Source: Chloroflexota bacterium
GTDB lineage: Bacteria > Chloroflexota > Dehalococcoidia > UBA2979
DNA: 64,000 nucleotides
Assembly: GCA_027593235.1 (NCBI GenBank)
Contig: JAQCIU010000008.1
Location: 1-64,000, forward strand
Direction of reading: 5' to 3'
Under the pieces are notes generated by a model. The model made no database searches, had not been told where the DNA came from, and saw only the letters and a program-made list of their open reading frames with translations. The translations under genes and the position numbers were made by a program. Each line of letters starts with the position of its first letter. Within the stretch, counting starts at the first letter, position 1. This document shows positions 1 to 9,770 of the stretch, one piece after another.

Positions 1-1
1 A

Positions 2-63
2 CCGCGGACCAACGGCAAGGCAGAACGCTTCATCCAGACGCTGCTCCGCGGCTGGGCCTACGG
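2..63 (+). mobile_element. IS481-family transposase fragment (C-terminal part of integrase core), truncated; continues off the window's left edge
   Basis: Frame from nt 2 reads PRTNGKAERFIQTLLRGWAYG, the IS481-type PxTNGKAERFxxTL motif; similarity stops where the convergent ORF ends. Confidence 0.75.
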
Positions 64-1617
64 CTACGCGAAGCTGACAGTCACCGTCACCGCTTGGTCG
101 AGCGCGACGAAGAAGGCGTTGATGTCGCCTTCGTTTGTGGGATCGGCGATCGACTCGAATTCGGCGGCGAACGCGAAGTAGTCGCCGATCGGGTCGCTGG
201 TCGCGTAGGTACCGCCAGCAATTCCGCCGCTCCCGAAGCCGCCGATCGCGAACAGCGCGATCGCAGCGATGAAGGCGGCCCCGGCAATCAAGGCGATCGC
301 AAGGTTGCGAGAGAGGCCGAAACAGCCACCGGCGGCGACCGCGGGCGCCGCGGTCAGCGGGCTGGCGCTAACGCTCGTCGGTGACGGGGTGATCGGCGCG
401 CTCAACGGCGGCGGGGGTGTCTCCGCCGCCGCCGCCGCCGCCGCCGGTGCCGGTGGGGTGGCCGGCTCGGATCGGCCGACGCCTGAGAGCCGGGCCGCAG
501 CGGCTTCGTCCAGCGGTTCGGCATCGATGCGGAGGCGGCCGATCCGGGTGCCGCCGCGATCGGTCAGTTCTCGACGGATCACCCCGGTGTCGTCGGATGT
601 TTCGGTGATCACGCTGCCGTCGGGGAGCGTGATGGGGGTCGTGCGCTCTTCGCCGATGGAGGGACCTCGTGCGGCGTCTTCCTCGGCTGCCGCGGAGTCA
701 ACGAGGATCAGCGAGCCGTCGTCCGCTGTCACCGTCGCGTCGTGCCTCGATCCGTATGATTTCCAGGGGAGGCCAGACTCCACAAAGTCCCGGAGCCCTG
801 CCTTGATCGATGTATCGACCCCAGAGAATCGACCGTCGCCGGCGAGCAGCGCCTCCGCGATTCTCGCTTCGGCCGAGCGCTGTTCAACGGGGAGTTCGGA
901 ATCGAGGTCGGTTTCCTCTTGGTACTCGTACTCCTCAACGAGGTCCCGCCGGAGCGTTGATGGCAGTCGACCCCAGTCCTTCTCGAGTTGCGCTTCGCCG
1001 CCGTACTCGTTGTCGAACCAGTCCTGCAGCTCTTGGTCGGTCCAGTTGCCCGATCTCCTCCGCGGTTCCGGAACGGCGGAGGCGCCGAGCCGGCTCTCCG
1101 CGGCTGGCGCGCGTGCCGCGGGCTCGGCGGGCGCGTCGTCGTCTTCGAGTCCCGGCAGCGGTTCGTCGCCGGAGGTCTCCCCACCGACCCACTCGAGCGA
1201 GGGCTCCTCGCCGCTCGCTGCCTCGACGCCGCTGGTCCCGCCTCCGCCCGTCGCGCCGTCAAGGTCTTCCTCGAACTGTTCGATCAACCGTTCGAGGCCG
1301 TCGCCAATCACGATCTCGGGAACTGGAGCGGTGGTGGGGGGTGGCCGCGCGGGAGCGTGGGGTGGAGATTCAGGGCGCGGCGACGGTGTCTCGCCTCGGA
1401 GGACCGCGTCGATGAACGCGCCCCGGAGCAACTCTTTCTCGACGTCTGGGAGCGCGGACCAGAACCCGCGGGGATCGTCCCAGAGCGAATCCGGCCACCC
1501 GAAGGGCGGCCCGTTCTCGCCGAAGATGTTCGATCCTGCCAGCCAATCGCCGAAGCCCTTGCCGTCCTCGAAGGCGGTCTCGAACCACTCGTCCGGTGAC
1601 AGGAATGGAGATGTCAT
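64..1617 (-). CDS. Hypothetical acidic, Pro/Ala-rich membrane-anchored protein, possibly truncated at the 3' end
   Basis: Long ORF; ATG at 1617 preceded by GGGAG; one hydrophobic segment (LAIALIAGAAFIAAIALFAIGG) near the C-terminus; stop abuts the IS481 fragment. Confidence 0.6.
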   Translation of the reverse strand: MTSPFLSPDEWFETAFEDGKGFGDWLAGSNIFGENGPPFGWPDSLWDDPRGFWSALPDVEKELLRGAFIDAVLRGETPSPRPESPPHAPARPPPTTAPVPEIVIGDGLERLIEQFEEDLDGATGGGGTSGVEAASGEEPSLEWVGGETSGDEPLPGLEDDDAPAEPAARAPAAESRLGASAVPEPRRRSGNWTDQELQDWFDNEYGGEAQLEKDWGRLPSTLRRDLVEEYEYQEETDLDSELPVEQRSAEARIAEALLAGDGRFSGVDTSIKAGLRDFVESGLPWKSYGSRHDATVTADDGSLILVDSAAAEEDAARGPSIGEERTTPITLPDGSVITETSDDTGVIRRELTDRGGTRIGRLRIDAEPLDEAAAARLSGVGRSEPATPPAPAAAAAAAETPPPPLSAPITPSPTSVSASPLTAAPAVAAGGCFGLSRNLAIALIAGAAFIAAIALFAIGGFGSGGIAGGTYATSDPIGDYFAFAAEFESIADPTNEGDINAFFVALDQAVTVTVSFA

Positions 1618-1956
1618 CGTCGGCCCGCGGCTCCCTGCTCGCTTCGATGCGCACGCTCGGGATGCTGAACGCTGCAACGTGACGGCGGTGAAACTTGTGG
1701 CGACCTTACCGATCGCCTCACCACCCCTGCAACGCGGCATCCCGTTCGCGAGTCCGGCTCAAGGCACGATGACACCGGGTTGCGACGCGTGTTTCGCCCA
1801 AGGCCCGCTCGCATCCCTTCCCGGTCCAGGGATTGAGGTCGGCCGTCTGCCGGCAGGGGGTGGCGATCAGCCTGCCCCATCCAAGAGCATGTGATGGAGG
1901 AAACGCCGAGCGGCGCGCCGAGATATCGAGGGCTGATTACACGTTGGGGGTGGCAC

Positions 1957-2032
1957 TGGTGGAGATGAGGGGATTCGAACCCCTGACCTCTGCATTGCGA
2001 ACGCAGCGCTCTACCAACTGAGCTACATCCCC
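1957..2032 (-). tRNA. tRNA-Ala(CGC)
   Basis: GGGGATGTAGCTCAGTTGGTAGAGCG...CTGCG-TTCGCAA-TGCAG...GGTTCGAATCCCCTCATCTCCACCA; 76 nt cloverleaf with encoded CCA. Confidence 0.97.
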
Positions 2033-2191
2033 AGTGCCGAGCGACGAGTATACGGAGCGCCCTACCGCACGATCGACCGGGACCAACCCGACCTACGGCC
2101 GACCGAGGATCATCGATCCCCCGGGACCACGCCCCGGTCCAACAAGGCCAGCAAGCTGCGCCGTGAGCTGTCGCGTCGGAGAACGCCGAGG

Positions 2192-2848
2192 TTAGAGGTC
2201 CAGCAACCCCGGCAGCGGATCGATCACCATCTGCTTCGCCGCCAGGTCGACCGAGAGCACCACATCCTTGATCGCGGGGATCAGCGCGTCCTTCTGGCCG
2301 GGTCGTCTGACGAGGTACACATCGTTCGCGCCCGTGGTCAGCACGTCCGCCAACGTCCCGACCTCCGTGCCGTCGGTCGTCACCACCGTCAGGCCGCGCA
2401 GGTCATCGACGTAGTAGTCGCCCTCTGGGAGTGCCGGTAGTTCGTCCGCCTCGATCTCGATCACCGCGCCGCGCAGCGCCTCGGCGGCGGTGCGGCTCTC
2501 GAACCCTACGAAGCGGATCATCGGGTAGCCCTGCGGGCTGATCACCTCGAGCGCCACGCGCGGTTGCCCCGCGACGATCAGCCGGGCCCCGGTGACGAAG
2601 CGGGCATCGTTCGAGGTGAACGGCGTCACCCGCACGTGCCCCTTCAGCCCCCAGGTCGAGTTGATGCGACCGACCGCGATCCGCTCGCCCGACGGCTGCC
2701 CCGACGGTGCGGGCTGCCGCTCGTCCGAGGACTGCCCGGGCGGCTGCTCGGCCGGCTCCCCGGCAAGCTGCTGCGAGGACTGCTCCCCAGGACCCTGCTC
2801 AGACCCCTGGTCGGTGGTCTGATCGGGATCGGAGGTGGTGTCGGGCAC
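2192..2848 (-). CDS. rimM: 16S rRNA processing protein RimM with low-complexity N-terminal extension
   Basis: IAVGRINSTWGLKGHV, EGDYYVDDLRGL, TGANDV, LIPAI motifs; context rpsP-KH-rimM; start uncertain. Confidence 0.93.
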   Translation of the reverse strand: MPDTTSDPDQTTDQGSEQGPGEQSSQQLAGEPAEQPPGQSSDERQPAPSGQPSGERIAVGRINSTWGLKGHVRVTPFTSNDARFVTGARLIVAGQPRVALEVISPQGYPMIRFVGFESRTAAEALRGAVIEIEADELPALPEGDYYVDDLRGLTVVTTDGTEVGTLADVLTTGANDVYLVRRPGQKDALIPAIKDVVLSVDLAAKQMVIDPLPGLLDL

Positions 2849-2885
2849 GGCGAATTGAGGCGGAGACGCGGGCGTACGAGGCCTG

Positions 2886-3113
2886 CTAGTCGATATCGAG
2901 CGAAGCGCGCACGCCGGCGCGGACCGCCGCCACGTGCAGCAGCGAGCGGATCGCGTTCGCGCAACGCCCATCGCGGCCGATGATCCGGCCCTTGTCGTCG
3001 TCGGCCACGTTCAGGTGAATGATCACCCGATCGCCGCGATGCTCCTCGATCACCTCAACCTCGTCGGGCTTGGTGGCGAGCGAGCGGGCGATGTACTCGA
3101 TGAGTGCCTTCAT
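2886..3113 (-). CDS. khpA: KH domain RNA-binding protein (KhpA/YlqC)
   Basis: MKALIEYIARSL...DKGRIIGRDG; between rpsP and rimM. Confidence 0.92.
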   Translation of the reverse strand: MKALIEYIARSLATKPDEVEVIEEHRGDRVIIHLNVADDDKGRIIGRDGRCANAIRSLLHVAAVRAGVRASLDID

Positions 3114-3195
3114 GGCGTACCGATCCTCAGGAGCGTGTTCGGACCTGTTCGCTCGCCCGCGGCGATCCGCTGGCGAGCGTTCGGCCTGGTGTGGG

Positions 3196-3633
3196 CTAGC
3201 CCTCGGCGGGTGCGTCTCCGTCGGCGGACTCAACGGCGCTCGCCTCGGCCTCGGCGGCTGCTGCGGCAGCGGCGTCAGCCTCTGCCTTCGCGGCTGCTGC
3301 GGCATCGGCGGCGGCCTTCGCGGCGGCGGCGGCGGTTGCCTCGGCCTCGCGCTCCGCACGGCTCTGCGTCGTCACGCGCTTCGGCGGCGCGGCCTCCATC
3401 AGGCCCGCCTTGTGCAGCACGCGGTGCACCGTCTCGGACGGCTGCGCGCCGACGGACAGCCAGTGCTTCACCCGCTCCTCGTTCAGCACAACCGTGCTCG
3501 GCTGAGTACGCGGGTTGTATTGGCCAATCACCTCAATGAAGTCGCCATCACGCGGAGCGCGCTGATCGGCGACCACCACGCGGTAAAAGGGCTGCTTCTT
3601 CTTGCCGGTGCGGCGCAGTCTGATCCGTAGCAA
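3196..3633 (-). CDS. rpsP: 30S ribosomal protein S16 with Ala/Glu-rich tail
   Basis: [29 protein letters not shown]...GAQPSETV; TTG start after GGAGGA. Confidence 0.96.
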   Translation of the reverse strand: MLRIRLRRTGKKKQPFYRVVVADQRAPRDGDFIEVIGQYNPRTQPSTVVLNEERVKHWLSVGAQPSETVHRVLHKAGLMEAAPPKRVTTQSRAEREAEATAAAAAKAAADAAAAAKAEADAAAAAAAEAEASAVESADGDAPAEG

Positions 3634-3755
3634 CGCATCCTCCGAGGCCATTCGGCGCGCACCAGAGCCGCGTTCCGAATCAATCCTGAGTGATCTAGAG
3701 CAATTGACAGTAATCGATCGCGCCCGCTGAGCCAATACGCGGGCGGCTACCTAGT

Positions 3756-4772
3756 CTACGCGAGGTTCCCCAGGCGTGTTGCCTGTGCCTGGGCGCCGAG
3801 TGCCAGCTCCATCGCCTTGAAACAGCGCGCCTGCGGCATCGCCGTCTCCGTCCGGTCCCGGATGTCCGCCGCCAGTTGCTCGAAATACGGCGTGCCTGCC
3901 TCCGAGGCGTCGATGTATTCGCAGCGGTCGCCGTTCACCAGGAACAGGTGGTCGGTTCCCTCGCGGCCGGCGACGTCCACGTACTTGCGCAGCTCCATGT
4001 AGCCCTCCGTCCCCAGGATCGTCAGCCGCCCGTCGCCCCACGTTGGCAGGGCGTCCGGCGTGAACCAGTCCAGCCGGAAGTACCCCTGTACCCCGTCGCC
4101 TCGCAGCAATACCTCGCCGAAGTCCTGCAGGCCCGGATCGCCGGCGTTCGCGAAGTTCCCCACGCTGGAGGTCACCACCTCGGCGTCCTCCAGCCCGGTC
4201 AGGAACAGGAACTGCTCCATGTGGTGCGATCCGATGTCGCACAGGATGCCGCCGTACCGCTCCTCCTCGAAGAACCAGTGCGGCCTCGTCTGCCGGTTCA
4301 AGCGGTGCGGGCCGAGCCCCACCGTCTGCACGACGCGCCCGATCGCGCCTGCTGCTATCAGCTCCGACGCCCGCGTCGTCGCCGCCGACTGGAAATGCTC
4401 CGAGTAGTTCACCGACCAGATGCGCCCGGTTTCCGACTGGACCTGCTTGATCGCCGAGAGCTGATCAAGCGTCGTGCAGCCCGGCTTGTCGACCATCACA
4501 TCCTTGCCCGCTCGCATCGCCCGGATCGCAAGCTCCGCGCGATCAGACGGCACAGCCGCGATCAGGATCAGATCCACCTCGGGATCATCGAACAGCGCAT
4601 CCGCTCGCCCGACACGCGGGAGTTCCGGGAACCGCCGCAACCAACCCTCAAGGGTGGGCGGCGCACCCTCCGTCCACCACCCCGCGCAGCGCGCGCCCAG
4701 CCCCTGCATGTACTCGAGCATCTCGTAGCAGTGCCGGTGGTCGATCCCCACCACGCCGACGGTCAACGCCAC
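3756..4772 (-). CDS. Gfo/Idh/MocA family oxidoreductase
   Basis: VGVVGIDHRH, AGKDVMVDKP, GGILCDIGSH motifs; GTG start after GGGAGG. Confidence 0.9.
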   Translation of the reverse strand: MALTVGVVGIDHRHCYEMLEYMQGLGARCAGWWTEGAPPTLEGWLRRFPELPRVGRADALFDDPEVDLILIAAVPSDRAELAIRAMRAGKDVMVDKPGCTTLDQLSAIKQVQSETGRIWSVNYSEHFQSAATTRASELIAAGAIGRVVQTVGLGPHRLNRQTRPHWFFEEERYGGILCDIGSHHMEQFLFLTGLEDAEVVTSSVGNFANAGDPGLQDFGEVLLRGDGVQGYFRLDWFTPDALPTWGDGRLTILGTEGYMELRKYVDVAGREGTDHLFLVNGDRCEYIDASEAGTPYFEQLAADIRDRTETAMPQARCFKAMELALGAQAQATRLGNLA

Positions 4773-4808
4773 CGCAGCCTCCCACTCACCCCGCTCAGGT
4801 CTCGCCGC

Positions 4809-5190
4809 CCCCACCCGGAGGTACCGCCCCCACCCGGAGGTACCGCGCACACCCTAGCCCCACCGAGCTTCCCCGTGTTTCCACCTCGCGGCGCCCGGTC
4901 CTGCGGAAGGCCTGGCAACTGAGGAGACCAGGTTTTGTCGCCCAGGACTCCCCCGGCCCTGGGCCAATCAGAGGAAAGTCGGCCGTAGGCCGATCAGAGA
5001 AGAGAAGCGGCGGCGGGCCAATCAAGAAGAGAAGCGCAGTCGATCGATCAGAGCAAAGGAAGCGCGGGTCCAAGCGATGAGATGGCCGGTCGGCCCGACA
5101 CTGAGGCCTCTAGATTGCCAGCGCCTTTGCCGCCGGCCCCCCTCGGCCGTAGGCCGATCGAGGAGGCAGGGCCGTAGGCCGATCAAGAAA
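4809..5190. repeat. Intergenic degenerate short-repeat cluster (GGCCGTAGGCCGATC x3 plus variants; CCCCACCCGGAGGTACCGC x2)
   Basis: Exact copies at 4981-4995, 5145-5159 and 5170-5184; GGGCCAATCA variants near 4961 and 5015. Confidence 0.6.
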
Positions 5191-5227
5191 GGGGAGCGAT
5201 GGCCCTACAACCCGGCGTCGACGTGTT

Positions 5228-6562
5228 CTAGAACCCCAGCAATCGGCCTAACCCACCAGCCCCTTTACCTCCGGCCATCGCCTGCATCAGTTTCTTGGCG
5301 TCTTTGAACTGGTTCAGCAGCCGGTTCACCTCGGCCGGCGTCGTGCCGGAGCCTTTGGCGACGCGACGGCGGCGCGAGCCGTTCAGGAGGTCGGGGTTGC
5401 GGCGTTCCGCCGGCGTCATCGACAGCACGATCGCCTCGCTGTGCGTGATGAACGACTCGTCCAGATCCACGCCCGCGATCTGTTTCGCCATCTGACCGCC
5501 GCCCGGCAGCATCTCCAGCAAGCCCGACAGTGGCCCCATGTTCTTCATCTGCTGCATCTGCACCAGGAAGTCCTCGAGGTTGAATTGCCCGCTCTTCATC
5601 CGCCGCGCGACATCTTTCATGTCGCGCTCGCCGACGGCCTGCTTCGCCTTCTCCACCAGCGACACCACGTCGCCCATCCCGAGGATGCGCGAGGCCATCC
5701 GGTCCGGGTGGAACTCCTCGAGGGCTTCGAGTCGCTCGCCCGTCGTGATCAGCTTGATCGGCAGGCCGGTCACCTCGCGGACGGACAGCATCGCGCCACC
5801 GCGCGTGTCCGAATCCACCTTCGTGACCACGATGCCCGTCCCCTCGATCTCCTGGTGGAACTCGCGAGCCAGCGTCACCGCCTCCTGGCCGGTCATCGCG
5901 TCCACGACGATCAGCACCTCGGTCGGGTCCAGTTCGTCCGCCAGCGCCGCCAGCGCATCCGCCAGCTCGTCCTCCAGCGCGACCGCGCCGACCGTGTCCA
6001 CGATCACCACGTTCGCGCCGGTGCGCTCGGCTTCCTTCAGGGCGCGCTTCACGATCTCTGCCGCGGGCGCCTGCTTCTCCTCGGCCCAGACGGGCACCTC
6101 GATCGACTTGCCCAGCACCTGTAGTTGCTCGCTCGCCGCCACGCGCTCGAAGTCGGTCGCCACCAGTAGAGGCTGGCGGCCCTCGTTTTTGTACTTCAGC
6201 GCCAGGCGGCCGCAGAGCGTCGTCTTTCCCGCGCCCTTTGAGCCGACGACCATGATTTTGGTCGGCCCCGCCTCCGCCTTCAGCAGCGGCTCGCTGTTCC
6301 CACCCAGGATCTCGACGAGCTGCGAGTTCACGATCCCGATCACTTGCTGCGCGGGCGTGATCGACTGCATCACCTCCTGGCCGACGGCGCGTTCCCGCAC
6401 CTTCGCGATGAACTCGCGCACGACCTTGAAGTTGACGTCGGCTTCCAGCAGCGCGATCCGCACCTCGCGAAGCGCCTCGTCCAGCACCTGCTCCGTGATC
6501 TTCCCCGAAGACCCGAGCCGGCGGAACGTCCCCTGCAGTCTGTCGGATAGTGAGTCGAGCAT
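5228..6562 (-). CDS. ffh: Signal recognition particle protein Ffh
   Basis: ALLEADVN, GAGKTT, DAMTGQ, TKVD, FHPDRMASRILGMGD and M-domain NGSRRRRVAKGSG. Confidence 0.96.
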   Translation of the reverse strand: MLDSLSDRLQGTFRRLGSSGKITEQVLDEALREVRIALLEADVNFKVVREFIAKVRERAVGQEVMQSITPAQQVIGIVNSQLVEILGGNSEPLLKAEAGPTKIMVVGSKGAGKTTLCGRLALKYKNEGRQPLLVATDFERVAASEQLQVLGKSIEVPVWAEEKQAPAAEIVKRALKEAERTGANVVIVDTVGAVALEDELADALAALADELDPTEVLIVVDAMTGQEAVTLAREFHQEIEGTGIVVTKVDSDTRGGAMLSVREVTGLPIKLITTGERLEALEEFHPDRMASRILGMGDVVSLVEKAKQAVGERDMKDVARRMKSGQFNLEDFLVQMQQMKNMGPLSGLLEMLPGGGQMAKQIAGVDLDESFITHSEAIVLSMTPAERRNPDLLNGSRRRRVAKGSGTTPAEVNRLLNQFKDAKKLMQAMAGGKGAGGLGRLLGF

Positions 6563-6641
6563 GTCGCCGATTGTATCGTCGTCTGGGCCCGACGGCTGGT
6601 TGGTTCGCCCTCGCGCTCGCCGACCTGCCGAGGGTGGTGGC

Positions 6642-8830
6642 CTAGTAGCCCACCGCGCCGCAGGCGAGCAGCGCGCCCACCTCGTCGCTCTCGAGGCCAA
6701 GCAGATCGTAGAGCACCGCCTCGGTGTGCTCGCCCAGCATCGGTGCCGCTCGAGGGGTGATCGAGCGGCGCGAAGAACCCGCTGGTGTGATCGGCGGCGT
6801 TGGCGGCCATGTCATCGCCGGTGACCGCGCGCGAGACCGGAACGCCCGCCGCCCGCCGCGCCGCTTCCACCTCGTCGACCGTGTGCGCCTCGGTCCACGC
6901 CGCCACGCGAGCATCGGGGTCGGCCGCATGCTCCAGCCGGCCCGCTGCCGTCGCGAACGTCGGATCGCCCGTCCACGGTTCGTCGATGGCTGATCGAAGC
7001 GCCCGCCACGGCTGGTCGTTCGTCACGGCGATCGCACACCAACGCTCCATGCCGTCGCTGTCCGTTGGTGATGGGGCACATGGGTACACACCGTGCCGCG
7101 CGGCGTCCGGAGAGCGGTTGCCGATCGGGCCGACGGTCCCCGGGAGCAATTGCTCCTGTAGGAACTTGTCGGCGATCAGTTCAGTCGCCACCTCATACTG
7201 GGCTCACTCGATGTACGCGCCCTCGCCGACACGATGTTGGCGGTTCGCTTCTTGATTTCTTAAAGGCTTTGTCCAAATGTCAATAGGTTGTTGTCTGGGT
7301 CAAGCAAGGAAAATTCCTTTTGTCCCCAAGGTTTGGTCTGCAATGTTACATTTGGATGAATTTCGGTTTTATTCTCAAGCATCGATTCATATAAACCGTC
7401 AATGTCGTTGGTTCTAATATAGACTTGTCCATAATTTTCTTTTGGGTCAAGTTCTCGAAATTCAAAAAAGTGAATTGCTATTTCGTCCTTTCGAACCATT
7501 AAATACCCTTTATAATCTCCTATTTCTTGAAAGTCCTAACTGGTTTATGTAATAATGCCTCGTAGCAGATTTATTACGCATTGGTAATTTCGAGTTAATA
7601 TTAGTTAGCATAGTTCCACTTTTATATTTATACGTTGCTTACGTTCAAATCCCCACTTGCGGACGACCGGCGCGCGCATGTTCTCCATCACCATGTCGCA
7701 GAGCGGCACGAGCTTCCCCACCACCTCGCGACCACGCTCCGTCGTCATGTCGACCGCGAGGCTGCGCACCCGAGGTTGAGCTGGTTGAAGCTGGGTGCGT
7801 CATTTACTCGTACCAGCCGCAGGAAGTCCAGTCGTTGCTGTGACTCGATCTTGATCACGTCGGCCCCGAGCAGCGCGAGCTGTTCGGCTGCCTCGGGAAC
7901 CACGGCGCCGACACCCAGATCGAGGACGCGCAGGCCGCGGAGCGGCTGTCGATCGTCGGACGGCGTCAGTGCCGCGCTCCTGCGCTGCCTCGGCTCTGTG
8001 CCGGGGTCCTGCCCCTCGGGGCTACCTGCGTTACGCGCCTCGGCCGTATCCGCGCCCAGCGCCGGCGCCGGGCGCGGCGCCTCCGAGGGCAGCGCGTCGC
8101 CGAAGAGGTAGGGCTCGCGCTGGAGTCGCAGCTCGCCCAGATCCGGATTCGGTGACCGGCACGAAGAACGCACGCTCGAGGACGTGACGGTCCGCCATCA
8201 CGTCCGCCACGCCGTTGACCGGCGTGATCGTCAGCCCGAGGGCTTGTCCTTCCTCGAACAATTCCGCGCGAGTGCGCTGCACGGTGACCGGTTCGGCGAT
8301 CAGCCGCACCGCGTCCGCGTGGTCTCGCCGGAACTGTGGGCCCGCTCACTCCTCACCGCAGAGCGCCTCGGGGCTGCCGAGCAGCGCGACCAGCGCGCCC
8401 CACTGCCGAGGCGTCCCGCTCAGCACGCGGACGTAGCCATCGCTCGCCGGGAAGATCGGCTGACCGGTCGGTCCGAGGCGCTTCGTGATGATCCCCTGTC
8501 CGCCAGTTTCGAGGCCATGGGAATGCAAGGGCCGCGTCCACGGTGTCACGCCGGCGATCGCCCCCTCGCGCACCGAGATCCGCGCGACCGGAGGCCGTCG
8601 CCCCGCCATCACCTCGCGATAACCGAGCGCGACGAGCATCGCCGCATAGATCCCGCTGGTATCGACCGCCAGCCATGAGGGCGCGTTGCAGGGTGGCTTG
8701 TCCGGCCAGCCGCTCGAGGCCAGGCCGCCGCTTGCCGCGAACGCCACGACTGAGGCCGCCGCGAGGCCCTCGGGATCATCGAGCTCGATGTGGATCGGCG
8801 TCTCCAGCCCGTCGAACAACGACGGCATCC
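6642..8830 (-). pseudogene. Fragmented two-domain CoA-transferase family III (CaiB/BaiF), interrupted by an AT-rich insert
   Basis: Pieces in several frames: PLRGLRVLDLG..LALLGADVIKIES, ENMRAPVV, GEGAYIE*, APMLGEHTEAVL, IFPASDGYV; frameshifts and stops. Confidence 0.8.
7260..7611 (-). pseudogene. Low-GC VOC/glyoxalase-bleomycin-resistance family gene with a +1 frameshift near 7535
   Basis: MLTNINSKLPMRNKSATRHYYINQLG / FQEIGDYKGYLMVRKDEIAIHFF...KPWGQKEFSLLDPDNNLLTFGQ; strongly AT-rich against a GC-rich background. Confidence 0.8.
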
Positions 8831-9098
8831 AGCGCGGCGATCTGTTCCGGGGGTTGCTGCTGTCGTCATTCGTCCTCTGGTTCACCCTCACCATCTGGAC
8901 CCGCGCCCACTTCGCCCGCCTGTACCCCGACGCCGCCCGCTGGCGTTCGATCTGCTCGCCTGGGGCCTCGTCTACCTCGGCATCTTCGTCATCGGTCTAA
9001 CCGTCGCATTTGTCGTGATCCGCGTGTGGCGCCGCTTCCGGCTGGCCGCCTATTGGCTGCTCACGCGCGCGATCCCCGAGAGCCCCCGACGCTTCTGA
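8830..9098 (+). pseudogene. Remnant of a membrane protein C-terminus (frameshifted)
   Basis: Two hydrophobic stretches in different frames (LLLSSFVLWFTLTIW; LLAWGLVYLGIFVIGLTVAFVV); no clear start. Confidence 0.35.
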
Positions 9099-9177
9099 CG
9101 CGCGCGCCTACGGCCTGCCCGTACACGGGAGCGTGTTGATCACCACAAATCCGATGCTGGTGAGTCTCAGGTGCCCG

Positions 9178-9768
9178 CTAGAACAGCGATTCGCAGGCCG
9201 GCTCGGCCCGAAGCGCTGTCTTGAGGTCTCCGCTTGCCGCAGCGAACGCGGCCCGCGCGTCTAGATCGTCGGCATACGAGGCGAGCACCGTCTCGAGGGC
9301 AGCGTCGAGTTCCGCGTGGGACGTTGCCTCTCCGGCGATCGATCGTCCTTCAGTCAGCGCGTCCTGGTAATCACGCTCACCTTGAATCATCACTTCGAGG
9401 AACTCCTCGTCGCCAGCGGGCGCGTCCAGTGAGTTGAATCGGTCGAGCAAGTCCACGCTCTGCGACGACAACTCGGCCATCAGCGCTCGCACGGCGACCG
9501 CCCGATCGTCAAACGACTCGCTTTCCAGCCCATCGGCGTACGTGTCGATCGACGTGAGTCCCTCGTCGAGGTTCCCTGCCTGCGCTTCGCAGAGCTCGAG
9601 GGCGTAGCCGGCATACGCGCTGGCAGGCGTGGACTCGCTTGCCGGATCGTCTGTCCCGTCGCCCGTGCACGCGACAAGGAGGAGCATGCACGCCGCGACC
9701 ATGGCGACACGTATCGCGCCCGCACCATGGCGAAGGCTTCGCCAGTGACTGCACCGAACGCGAACCAT
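9178..9768 (-). CDS. Hypothetical lipoprotein
   Basis: Lipobox LLLVA-C followed by TGDG; starts 2 nt after the upstream stop. Confidence 0.65.
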   Translation of the reverse strand: MVRVRCSHWRSLRHGAGAIRVAMVAACMLLLVACTGDGTDDPASESTPASAYAGYALELCEAQAGNLDEGLTSIDTYADGLESESFDDRAVAVRALMAELSSQSVDLLDRFNSLDAPAGDEEFLEVMIQGERDYQDALTEGRSIAGEATSHAELDAALETVLASYADDLDARAAFAAASGDLKTALRAEPACESLF

Positions 9769-9770
9769 GC

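Noticed and set aside
269-1894. Long antisense and alternative-frame ORFs (also 18249-19757, 29504-31168, 35236-37122 and others)
   Set aside because: Shadow ORFs typical of high-GC DNA that overlap well-supported genes and have no motifs
4961-5190. Possible CRISPR array
   Set aside because: Repeats are only about 15 bp and degenerate, spacers are too short and low-complexity, and no cas genes are present
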